Shown here piece by piece: positions 45,746 through 62,921 of a stretch of 64,000 nt of DNA (positions within the stretch are counted from its first letter, which is position 1; the number at the start of each line of letters is the position of its first letter). The stretch lies in the NCBI RefSeq assembly GCF_009914755.1, contig NC_060932.1. One strand, written 5' to 3'. The position numbers and the translations under genes are program-made. This DNA is from the human T2T-CHM13v2.0 reference genome, Homo sapiens. The notes under the pieces were generated by a model. The model saw nothing but the letters and a program-made list of their open reading frames with translations. It was not told the DNA's origin and did not search any database.

Positions 45746-47010
45746 TCTTTATTATTTATTTCTTCTATCTCACTGATCCTTGTGATAATCTCAGTTCAAA
45801 ACTAGGAGGGGGAAGAAAGGGGAGCTGAACAAAGAGAAAGAATTTCTTTCAAAAGTAAGAGAGAACATCTTTTAGCTACAGCAGCAAGATGATGCAAATG
45901 TCTTATGTTACTTTTTGGTGAACTAGTTTGGAGAAAACTCCAGAATAACAGCAGGTCCAGAAGACAAAGCACTAAGGTGCCCAGTTCAAAACCTCCCCCA
46001 CCATACTCCACCAACTAGAAATTAATTTGCAATGTCATGGTTTTTTCCAGTGTGGGGGGCTATCAGGACACCCCCCCACAAGATGGTTCATTATAATTTT
46101 CCATATTAATCAGCTCTATCACTCACTAATATTCAGTGTGAGAGTTTGGTGCTTTTCCTAAAACCACCTCTGCTCTCTACTTAGTATGGGTGTCAACTGA
46201 TTCCCCTTTGAACATCTTAAACCTGTTTCCTACATGTGAAATACTCTACGTGTCTAGGGACATATAAGCACCGTTACACTGTGCTTATTGGATGGGATAA
46301 GAGAATTACAGTAATTAAGGATGAAAATACAAGGTTCCTGAACACCTTTAACATCTATTACATGTCATCAGCCACTTACAGGTGATCCTGCTGCCTCCAC
46401 ACCAGCTCCTGCAATGGAAATCCTCAGCACCTAAATTTAGCCCAGTGCCTGCCAAATTGTAGGCATTCAGTGAATGTTTATTGAAATCAGAGCCTAGGAA
46501 TTAGGTTAACCATGACTACAACCTGTCTAAAAAAATAGCTTTCCTCATAAGCCGCACCTCAAATGTCCAGACGCCACTTTTCCTACGTCTGTTCTCTGTC
46601 AACATCTTGTCCTTGCTGTACTGTTAGACATGAGACCTTAAACTATGCATTTCCTTAAGAAACCATGAGCTAAAAATTAAAAAGAGACAGAAGATGTTAG
46701 TTTAAAAGTATTCCTCACCAAATCCCAGGCAACAGCTCTATAACAGCAGGTCTAGAGAACAACCAGAAGGCAGAAGATTCTAAGATACAGAGCTTTGGAG
46801 GAAATTAATAGAATGGCACGGCTAAGAATTTGCAAACAAAAATTTAAGAATATGCTAAAGACAGAACCAGAAAACACAAATAAAACTGCAGAAAAAACAA
46901 AAAGCTGTTAAGAGAGTCATGGATTATATAAAGCAAACAAAAACGTGGTATACTCTGATGCAACTGATGGGATTTAGGGAAAGATAATTTATTTCAACTT
47001 TATGCTATGA

Positions 47011-47955
47011 GCCATCACAGTGCCCTGCACTCAAGAGACAGCACTACAGCCAAGGGAGAGCCTGACAGGTGCTGGGCAAATCGCTCCTTGCTGAGAAAAA
47101 ATAACAAAGCGTGGGCAAAGGGAAGGTAAAACATCCTCATATGCAACCTCTGTGCAAACACAAGTGGCGGCAGCCAGAGGCTTCAGTCAGCTCCTCAGAG
47201 CTTCCTAAGAAGTGCTCAGGAGTTGGAAGGTCATGTCTGCAAAGAGAAGAAAATCTGCAGACATGGCAAAGGCAGAAAAAGAAATGACAAGCTCCGTCCC
47301 TACTACATGGAACACAAAAAAGAAGTTCCAGGATCCCAACGCACCAGAGAAGGAGCCTCCTTTGGCCTTTTTCTTGCTCTGTCCTGAGCACTGACCAAAA
47401 ATTAAAGGAGAACAACCCAGCCAATGCACTGGCGATGTTGGAAAGAACTGGGCAAGATGTGGAATAATAACGCTGCTGCCGATGCCAGGCAGACCCAAGA
47501 CCAGAGGGCTGCTAAGCTGAAAGAAAACACAAAAAGTCTATTACTGCATATGAACTCAAGAAAAGCCTGATGGGGTGAAAAAGGCAGTCATCAAGGCTGC
47601 AAAAAAGCAAGAAAAGGAAGAGGAAGAAGAAGAGAAAGATGAAGACGAAAAGGAGGAGTAGAAAAGAAAATGAAGATGATGGGTCAGGCACGGTGCCTCA
47701 TGCCTGTAATCCCAGTACTTTGGGAACTGAGACAGTTGAATCGCTTGAGCCCAGGAGTTCAAGACTAGCCTTGGCAACATGGTGAAACCCCATCTCTACA
47801 AAAAATACAAAAAAAGTTAGCCAAGCATGGTGCCTATAGTCCCAGCAACTCGGGAGGCTGCGGTGAGAAAATCACCTGAGTCGGGGAGGCAGAGGCTTCA
47901 GTGAGCCAAGATTGTGTCACTGCACTCCAGCCTGGGTGACACCCTGTTTCCAAAA

Positions 47956-47986
<31 letters not shown>

Positions 47987-48768
47987 GGCAAGCCTCGGTG
48001 GCTCACGCCTGTAATCCCAACACTGTGGGAGGCCAAGGCAGGCAGATCGCTTGAACCCAGGAATTCAAGACCAGCCTGGGGAACATGGTGAAACCCCATC
48101 TCTACTAAAAATACAAAACATTAGCCGGGTGTGGTGGTGCATGCCTATGATCCCAGCTACCTGGGAGGCTGAGGTGGAAGGATCACATGAGCACAGGAAG
48201 TAGAGCTTGCAGTGAGCCGAGATCATGCCACTGCACTCCAGCCTGGGCAACAGAGTGATGACCCTCTCTCAAAAAATAAAAAATGAAATGAAAGTGATGA
48301 TGATGAATAAGTTGGTTCTAATACATTTTTGTCTATAAAAATTTAACCCCCCTGTACACAACTCACTCCTTTAAAGAAAAAAACTGAAATGTAAGGCTAC
48401 GTGAGACTTGTTTTTAAACTGTGCAGTATCTTCTTTTGTATAGTTAATGTACTACCCAATGTGTCTTCAGAGAGCCCTGTCCTGATGGTATTCCCAGTGG
48501 TCACTAGCCTTGCCTGGTACTCTACGGGGCTGTAAACTGGCATGGAAATTTAAAGCAGGTCTTGCCAGTGCTCAGGACAGCTAGTTACATATGGGGATGG
48601 TTGTTGCTTTTTCATCTTCAGTTGTCTCTGATGCAGCTTATATAAAATAACTGTTGTTCTGTTAACTGAACACTACTCAGTAACTGGCAAGGAGGGGAAG
48701 GCGACAGCTGGTTTGTTGACATTCTGAATGTTTCTAAGTAAATAAAATTTCTTTATTTAAAAAAAAAA
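47011..48768 (+). pseudogene. HMGB1 processed pseudogene, interrupted by two Alus
   Basis: Intronless match to recalled HMGB1 mRNA: 5'UTR-like start, ATG changed to GTG at 47111, [10 protein letters not shown], premature TGA at 47392, acidic tail, GATGAATAA stop at 48308-48310, 3'UTR (ttaacccccctgtacacaactcactcc...) and poly(A) at 48759-48768. Possibly the annotated HMGB1P23; not certain. Confidence 0.93.
47682..48283 (+). mobile_element. Two tandem Alus (47682-47986 with a (TAAA)n tail; 47987-48283) inside the HMGB1 pseudogene
   Basis: The Alu bodies split the gatgatg acidic-tail codons. Confidence 0.88.
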
Positions 48769-49060
48769 GTCTATATTAGGACAGTCTCCATGAAACAGCC
48801 CATGGGTTTTGATAATAAGCCCACAGAGAAGGACGAGGAAGCCTAAGACACCCTTTGGTCTAGCACTGACAGAAAAAGATACATACAAACATACACACCA
48901 ATGTCAACTTATGCATAAAGAAAGGTGGCTTGTAAAAGAGCGCAGGAAGGAGAAACACGGGGTCTCATAATGTTGGTAAGAAAAGAGTAGAGAGATAACG
49001 TTTAAGGTTGATTTAACAAGAAATATGAGTATCAATACGTTATGTAAAAACATCCCAGAA

Positions 49061-49707
<647 letters not shown>

Positions 49708-49859
49708 TGAAACTAATATAAAAATGAAATAGGAGAAGAGGTAAAAAGGATTGCACATATGAACTTAATCTTCTTCAAGGAGTCAATGAATATGTATCCA
49801 ATATGATTTTAATATGAATCTTAATTATCCAAGGTACACATGTATCACCTAGAGTAATT

Positions 49860-52892
<3,033 letters not shown>

Positions 52893-54161
52893 ATTCTAGA
52901 GCATGCATCCTTGATTAGAGGTGTTCATATGCTACCTCATCCACCCTGGAGTGTGTACGCGTAATTAGGATATCAAATGTTAATTAGTTATTCCTATGTG
53001 TGGATTAAAACTAATGCCTGCATCTATATCACTTTTTTGGGTATAATTTAATAGGGATGATGAGACTTCTGTACAAATGAATACAAACAGTGAGGACTTA
53101 TGAGGAGTTCCAAAGGGGTAAGCCATGAAGTGCAATGCAGTTATGCTGAAGTATTTTAAAGACACTGTAAGAGGATCTGGCAAACATGAGTACAGTGATA
53201 TGTGTTACAGCTGCAAGGAAAAAAGTGGAGAGAAGGAATGAAAGTTGTCATTACTGTTATTCCTTATTTAAGGTTGAAAAAGACATCACGGAAAGATATG
53301 TCACAAGGTCTTTGTTGTCTGTGGTTTGGAGTTGAAGCTGTTTCAGATAGAGAATAGCACGACAGTGTGGGAAGGCAGAAAGGCAGGGCCACATGTGGAG
53401 GACGGGAAGGCACAGAAGCTTTTTCCGCATGTGAAGGACAGACTAGTCCAGCCACAGTTATGAGCATTTTATGCATATTAACGCATTTAGTCCTCATAAC
53501 AACCCTATTATTTGCATTTTACAGATGGAGAAATAGGCATAGAGAGATTAAGTAACATCCTGAGTCAAAACTAGGTCTGTCTGGCTCCTCTGGACTCAAA
53601 ACTACTCAATGCAAGATTGCGCTGATGCTTAGGTGGGAGCGTGACTGGAGATAGGAGATCAGGTCAAAGGCTGTTGAAATGATGCTGGCGAAGATACAGT
53701 GGAGGTGTGCCCTGCCTGCCAAGCATCAGGAACAGGTGAAAAAAACTTTCCAGCCTGGAAATCTAAACATTTGTTTTTAGACTAGACAGTATCCACAAAA
53801 TAGGGAATAAAAGTTCAGTGTTTCTAAGCAGAGATTTTTACCAGCAGTTTTAAACCTTCCTGTGCCTGGCTGGATCGATTCCTGTGTTACCAGCGTCTCT
53901 CTCCAACTAAAGAATGTTCGTCTGGGCAGGATTTTATTGTAATCACCAGCTAATGTTTACACTAAGCACCACCTTAGTCCCCTGACTAGATAGGAACACC
54001 AGTAATACAGTTTCCAAATGTTCAGTACATGGTGACTAAGCTCACAGTTGTCAGATGCTTGCACCAGATAGCAGCAAAGGAAACACTGACAATCTGGCCC
54101 ATTTGCTAGTAGTTTGCAAGAACTCAAGGGTGAAGTGAGAGGGAACGTTTAAGGTCAAGAG

Positions 54162-54565
54162 CATGACTGCCTGGCATATAAGTAACTAGGGTCTGTAGCT
54201 CTTCACATTATAGATGGAATTTCAGATGACTGGAGTTAAATGGAGGTTTTATGAAAACATACCTAACCTACCTTCTGCATTGAATACATGCAGGATCTAG
54301 AGACGGATTGATTCATCTTTGATGTAAAATGTAACACCTGAGTAATTCCCAACTTCCTGGTTCCAGGAAAAGAGAGAAGGTCCTGGCAGCACAGTAAATT
54401 CTCTAATAAACAGATTCAAGAGACCATAAAAGTAATTTGAACTTACATGACTGTCTGGCATGAAAGTAACTAGGGTCTGTAGCTCTTCACATTATAGATG
54501 GAATTTTAGATGACTGGAGCTAAATGGGAGTTTTATAAAAACATACCTAACTCACCACCTGCATT
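54162..54565. repeat. 120-bp direct repeat separated by a 164-bp spacer
   Basis: 54162-54281 vs 54446-54565; about 12 mismatches by eye, no indels. Confidence 0.93.
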
Positions 54566-55095
54566 AACAGTCAGCTGGTTCCTGGTCCAAAAGCTTTTTA
54601 CTGGGCGGGTTCAGATTCAGCTTCTGGCCTTGTATTTGTAGCATGGGAGCCCTTCACTTGAAGGTCATTGTTTAGGAGCCTGTGAGTAGGTGGCCCGGAA
54701 AGCCCATGGGTGTCCGCTCCCCAGACACTCACCCATCCAACCCTTGGAGCAATTCCATCACTTTCCCAGGCCCAGGAGAGGTGTCTCTTTATCTAAGTTC
54801 TCCAAGATTGCTGGTCAGAATGATTTAACTTACCAGAAAGCAGTGAAGATCTTAAGAACAGTCAAGACTAAATGTTAAAATTTACACCCGCGTGGTCTCT
54901 GACATGTGTTCTTCTCTGCATCCCATGTTTCACTTCCATATTTTAAATTTTCACTTTCATTTTGACAGACTAATGGTCTGATTTAAGATATAATTTCTTA
55001 GCAAATAGCTTCTGTTTAAGTTTCGTTGTTAATTGTAGCTAAAGTGTAGATTTCCAAGTTGGAAAATGGAAGCAATTATTTTCATCTGTTCTTAA

Positions 55096-55166
55096 TTTAT
55101 TTATATTCTGCTCAAGGTCATCACCAAGGTCTGACTGCAAAAATTGCAACCTCAGGCATAAATGGG
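55096..55166 (-). mobile_element. Truncated MER85 / PGBD3 end (piggyBac)
   Basis: Minus strand TTAA-cccatttatgcctgaggttgcaattttt...tcagaccttggtgatgaccttgagcag...atataaataa matches the recalled MER85/PGBD3 terminus. Confidence 0.8.
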
Positions 55167-55482
55167 TTAATACTCACCCCTAAGACAGGCCATTAATTGG
55201 AAGGCAAAGTACTTTGAAATAGCTAAAGAAGGATGACCAATTACTCTTTTAGGATGCATCAGCTATATGCACAGATACATTTTTATACCATTTCTTTCAG
55301 GCTTTTGATGTACCTTATTCAATAAGGATTCAATAAGGTAGTTAACCTATTTTTATTAAATCACAACATAAAATACTTATTTCAATTATAGTCAATCCTC
55401 ATCTCAAGTTATGAAATATTTAATATTTTCTGCCACTTATTAATAAAAAGCATTTTATACTAACTGCTACAGTGGTTTACAC

Positions 55483-56146
<664 letters not shown>

Positions 56147-56376
56147 TTTTTTTTAAGTCTGCTCTAGAAGCTGTGTTTAGCGCCTTCAGCTACCTTTCTT
56201 TCCTGATCAACACTGGAAATTTTTTTTATAATTTGGTTTTTTTTTTTCCTTTCAAAGTACATCATTGGGCATGAACTGGAGGGCTTGTTAATTAGCAAAA
56301 GAAATGTTAGAAATAATTTTTCACTGGTAAAGTGCATAGTGTTGAAAGTGTGACTAAAATAATGACTAAAAATATG

Positions 56377-56773
<397 letters not shown>

Positions 56774-59080
56774 CTAGGGCTCTATCCAGACTTGAATTCA
56801 GATTCTATTGCATAATTTTGATCAAAAGAGTACCTGAATCCTGCTACATCTGTCTCAAGGGAAACTTCTGGGGAAGGTGCTTGTCTGAGAGCTGTGGCTT
56901 CACTGAGCTTACAGGAACAGGTGGCATGACCAATGCTGTGGCTGCTTGCTAATAAAGATGCAGCAGAACCCAGTCAAAGTTTCATTGTAACACATCTCCT
57001 GGTGGTGTGATTGGGCAGGAGAAGGCCTCAGGCTCTCACCTAACTCTAAACATAGAAGGTTGTTAATATCTTGTTACAAATGACCAAAACGGCTTAGATC
57101 AGTTCATAACACTCCCACAAGACTAATAAGGACCATGAAGGCTGGAACCAAATTCTCTTTTGTTTATCAGTGTTTTCTTAGGGTCAACATCCTGATAAAC
57201 ACACAGAGGGCACTCTATGGTTGTTGAATGAATTAATGAATATGATACACACTTAGCTGTATGTGGGTTTTTCCTAACTCCAGAATGTCAGCTTTAAAAA
57301 AAAAAAAAAAAAAAAAAAAAGCATGTCATATTTATCTTTCCCTTATCAGGACACCCTTCTGGAGTGATGTGTATCAGATGTCAATCAATAACTGCTGAAT
57401 GTCTTTAGTTCTGATCTAATCTGAATTAACCAGTTACATTTTTCCAAATGTTTAGAGAAGAAACTCTTCTGTAAAATCTTAGAAGGCAATGAGAAGCTGT
57501 GAGCTCATCTAGTTTTGGAGAGACGAGCTTAGGCAGATCTGAGTTCAGATCCCTGTTCTGCCACTTTCTGATCATGTGACCCTGGGAAGCCTTGTAACAC
57601 CTTTGAGTCTCATTTCCCTTCTGAAAATGTTGAGGTAACAATGTGATGCCTATATCGTTTGTTGTAAGATGTCATGAGAACTTATACTCTTGCAAAGGAT
57701 CTAACACAATATAAACAATACTAATGCCTATAAATAAATGCTGGTTGTCATCAATGAGAAGATCCACAAACTAAAGTCTCTATTCACTTCTTGTATTTCC
57801 AAGAATGCTGTGCTGGCTGTGTCTGCATTACTGACACCTTCTAAGCATTCAAAGACCTTGACCACGGAGTTCCTTTTCTTATGATAATGATAGTTCAAGA
57901 AACCAACTCTGAGCAATATTATGCAAATTGATGCTCTTCAGAGGAAACCCACAATCCCTTAAATAAACATCTTACAGTTGCTATCTGGGGCATCAAGAAA
58001 CTACACTTAGATCTACAGCTTAAACAGCTATGATTATTGTCAATTAAAAGCAAAAGGGCATCATTTGTTATTAGAAACCTGGTATTATAATTGACTACAT
58101 GTCTAACCCAGTTAATATTTATTGAGTACCTACCATATATGCCAGTGTTATTTGAAAAGAATATTACTTAAAATATGATGTTTTAATAAATAAAATTTGT
58201 TTAAGAGAGTTGACAAGAATAAATAAATCAAGGCAAAATAGCAGCTACCACCTACTAAGTAGGTACCATGTACCAGACATTTTACATAAATAACTCACTC
58301 ATGCCCACGGTAATCTTGCATGATCCATATCACAGTGTTATCACCTCCACTTCATAGAAAAGGAAACAGAGGCTCAGGGAGGTGATATAAACTTCCAGAT
58401 TTACACAGCTGGTAAACAGTAGGCCCAGCACTCACACCCAAGTCTGAGTCATGCTTCTCTTCAACCAACTCTTGCCTTTCCCATCCCCAGACACAGTGGT
58501 AATCATTAAACTCCCTCGCAGCACCTCTGTTCTGCAGCTTTGCTACTGCTTACGGGGTTGATCAATTTAAAAATTAACCCAATCTATAAATTGGCCTATC
58601 CTCTTCCTAATATTTAAGTTCAGTTCCTTACTATCCATACCAAGTTCTGGGGGGCAAAGGGACCAGACAGGCCCAAAAAGGCCAGGTCAACGGACAGCCA
58701 GCTCAACACACAGCAAGAGAATCCCTGAGGACACAGACAAGGGCATGCGAGAGGACGTCTTAGTGTGGATTCCTCAGAAAGCAAAGACCAAGGCTTCTGT
58801 GGGAGTGTATCCCAGGCAAGGAGGGAAGGGAGTGAGCATGAGGAAGTGTCAGATTATGAGCACGTGAAGCTGGCGTGAGCCCAGACTGAGCTGGCAACAG
58901 CCAGGGTTGAAAAGTGATCAAAGGCTCCAAGGAGAGGTGAGGCCAAGAAGACCTGAATCAGCACCTGCAAGGGGTCTGATATGGGGCAGAATGATGAAAG
59001 CAGAATCTGAAACCCTAAGTAAAGCTTCTGGAAATGGCAAGGCATAAAGTCTTGGTCCAATGCCAGAGTGTGACCTAATA

Positions 59081-59388
59081 TTTTGTTTTTTGTTTTTGTT
59101 TTTGAGACAGGGTCTCACATTGTCACTCAGGCTGCAGTAGTGCAATCACACCATCACGGCTCACTGCAGCCTCAACCTCCCCAGACTCAGGTGATCCTCT
59201 TGTCTCAGCCTCCCAAGTAGCTGGGACTACAGGCATGCACCACCATGCCCAGGTGATTTTTTTATTTTTGTAGAGACAGGGTTTCACCATGTTGCCAAGG
59301 CTGTTCTTGAACTCCTGGGCTCAAGTGATTTGCCTGCCTCAGCCTCCCAAAGTGCTGGGACTGCAGGCATGAACCACCACGCCCGGAC
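59081..59388 (-). mobile_element. AluJ/S
   Basis: Antisense Alu; TSD gtgtgacct / gtgtgactt. Confidence 0.87.
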
Positions 59389-60183
59389 GTGTGACTTACT
59401 CTTAACCAGTCTCTGTCCCCCATCCTACTTTTAAGCATCCTTCATGATGTAAATAGATGAAGGCTACCATACGGGTTCGGCCTGATAAATCTTACATTCA
59501 GAGAAGGGATTTTCCCACAGTAGGGTTTTCCTATACTACTTATATAACTATATTAAAATGACTAACACGAAATCATACCAAATGTGTATGAAACGTCTGG
59601 CTCCTCCCACTGTGTCATATTATACCCAATCCCCCAAAGAAGAGGGCAGGTGGCAAGTGTGGCCATGACTGGCCGAGTGACTAAGGAGGGGTAATCACTG
59701 AACAGGCCAAGCGTTTTGGTTACACACAGGTTTCTGTTGTGGTAACACTGGATGAGAATGAAATTGAGCAAGGAAGCTTCCGTGCTCCTTACATGTGACT
59801 AAAACACCAAGTCAGCCAATCTTCTCTGGAAAGGAATATGTAATTAACAAAATAATAAAGAGCAATGATAAGAACAGCAGTTACCATGTACCGATTCTTA
59901 TGACAGTTTGCATTTCACAGGTAAAATTTATTTTTTAAAACACAGTAATTTTGTAGCTGTTTATATCCTCTAAAAAAAAAGGAAAAAGGCTTGCTTTAAT
60001 GGAAATGTACATATATGTGTATATGTAAACAAAACAAAGAACTCCAATCAAAACTTCTTATGCATTACAAATTCCACTTCCAAATTTTTTTTTAAGAATT
60101 ATAAAGAACCTGTAAGATTCCAGCTACATATTCCAGTCTGTCCCTGGATCATGAAAAAATAATTTAAAAGAAATTAGAAATAT

Positions 60184-60640
60184 CTGGGTGCAGCTGGTCA
60201 TGCCTACAATCTCAACACTTGGGAGGCTGAGGAAAGCTAATCACGTGAGCCCAGGAGTGTGAGACTAGCCTGGGCAACATGGTGAAGCCCCATCTCTACA
60301 AAAAACACACAAAAATTAGCAGGGTATGGTGGTGCACACCTGTAGTCCCAGCTACTTGGGTGGCTGAGGTGGGAGGATCCCTTGAACCTGGAAAGGTTGA
60401 GGCTGCAGTAAGCCATGATTGCACTACTACATTCCACTCCAGCCTGGGCAACAGAGTGAGACTCTGACTAAAAATAAATTAATTAATTAAAAATAAATAA
60501 AAATTTAAAAATAAAATATATATAGGCTTGGCACTTTGGGAAACCAAGATGGGAGGATCACTTGAGGCCAGGAGTTCAAGACCAGCCTGGGCAACCACAG
60601 CAAGACCCTGTCTCTAAAACAATAAAAAATAAAAAAAATT
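60184..60640 (+). mobile_element. AluJ (60184-60490) plus a FLAM-like monomer (60524-60640)
   Basis: Alu arm sequences with AT-rich tails. Confidence 0.83.
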
Positions 60641-61083
60641 AAAAAATAAATATATATATATATACTTATAAAGAAAGATTCCAGCTACATAAAAACTCAG
60701 AGATCCCGAAATTTGAATTTATACTTCCAAGTAAAAACAAAAATAAAGTTAGTCTTGCCATCCTTTTCTCCCTCACAGTGACCACATTCTGCTGACATTA
60801 GAAATTTTACAGTTTTCTTTTTTTTACTTAGGAATATTTTTAAATTTATTACATTACTGTAAACTTTCTGACAAATTCAAAATTAAATAATTCCAACTTG
60901 TTCACGGTAAGCACAACAGTGATTTGTCAAAGGCTTCTTGCTTTTTCCAGGATCCATCATAGATACTTGTTTCTGCCTCTTCTGTCCTCTTAATATCCTG
61001 GTAGACACAGAGACTCCATAGCACCCATACCACTGCCCACTCTCTCACCCCTCCAGCACCTGAAACTCATTTGAAAGCTTTCA

Positions 61084-61374
<291 letters not shown>

Positions 61375-61772
61375 CTAAAAAATCCCATATGACACCAAAA
61401 TTCCATCTTGGTTCTTCAAATCCTGTTCCCACTGTTTATCCACAAACCCTATCAATAGCAAGAGAACAATCAGAGAGGTTTAGAACCAGGGAATCCTTGC
61501 CACCCTAACCCCAAAAGGAGAGGGAATAGTTACATTTCTTGGCATTCTAAGCTGGAACGCTGAACTTATAGAACTACTTGCTCAAAATGTTTTAGTTAAT
61601 AATGGTAGGCACTTCAGAAATACCACAGGTAAATAAGCATCTGTAGCAACCCAGGGATGACTTACACATTTACGTGACATTGCTTATATGGGGAAAAATG
61701 TTATAATGTTCTAAAATTGCGGTGAGTACCTCAAACAATTTTAATTAACCTGTGCTAGCACATTATCTAGAT

Positions 61773-62190
61773 CAGAGATTCTCAAATTTTTTGGTATCAA
61801 AACCCCTTTACACTCTTAAATATTAGTGAGGGCAATAACAGCTTTTGTTTATATGGGTTATAGCTGATAGATATTTTTTGAATTAGAAGCTGAGAAATTT
61901 TAAAAATATTTTAGAGCCAGGCACAGTGGCTCACACCTACAGTCCTAGAACTCTGGGAGGCCAAGGTAGGAGGACTGCTTGAGCCCAGGAGTTCAAGACT
62001 ATAATGAGCTATGATCACATCACTGCACTCCAGTGTAGGTGACAGAGTGAGACTTTGTCTCTGAAGTACATGTGTGTGTGTGTATTTTAATTCATTTAAA
62101 AACAAGAGTCATTATATGTTAATATAAACATTTTTAAAGAAAAATAGACAGTTAAGAGTTAGCACTTTACATTTTTGCAAAATAATGTAT
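61773..62190. mobile_element. Charlie1-type terminal fragment with an inserted Alu monomer (61916-62062)
   Basis: cagagattctcaaattttttggt...cccctttacactcttaaa...gcttttgtttatatgggtta. Confidence 0.65.
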
Positions 62191-62351
62191 TAATTTGAAC
62201 ACTACATCAAGAATATTTGGTAATTTATAAACAAAGTCATGTCAACAATTAGGGAATTCACATGGCTACACTTCTTAATAAGCTAAAGAAAAAACTGAGA
62301 ACATGACAGATTCAGAGTGCAGAGATTGATGGTCTTGAAAAGTAATGTGAG

Positions 62352-62921
62352 GTCCAACAATTCCACTCCTGGGTCTATACCCAAAATAACTGAAAGCAGG
62401 GTCTTGAAGAGGTACTTGCACACCCATGTTCACAGCAGCATTACTCACAAGAGGAAAAAGGTAGAAGCAACCCAAGTGTCCGTCGGCCGATGAATGGATG
62501 GGCAAAATGTGGTTTATCCATACAATGAAGTATTACTCGACCTTAAAAAGGAAGGAAATTCTAACATGTGCTATAACATGGATGAACCTCGAGGACATGC
62601 TAAGTGAAATAAGCCAGACACAAAAAATAAATACTGTATGATTCCATTTACATGAGGTCCCTAGAGTAGTCAAAATCATATATACAGTAAAATGGTGGTT
62701 GCCCAGGCCTAGGGGTGGGAGGAATGGGGATCTCGTATGTAATGAGCACAGAGTTCCAGTTTTTAAGAAGAGTTCTGAAGATGAATAGTGCTATGGTTAC
62801 ACAACATTATGAATGTATTTAACACCACTGAACTGTATACACATAAAAATGGTTAAATGATTAATTTTCTTGTGAGCATTTTACCACCAAAGGAAAAAAA
62901 AAAAAAAAACTAGAGGAAAGA
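62352..62921 (+). mobile_element. 5'-truncated L1MB with poly(A) and TSD
   Basis: L1 3' end motifs (caattccactcctggg, atggatgaacctcgaggaca, ccactgaactgta); TSD aaaagtaatgtgag at 62338-62351 and 62922-62935. Confidence 0.85.
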
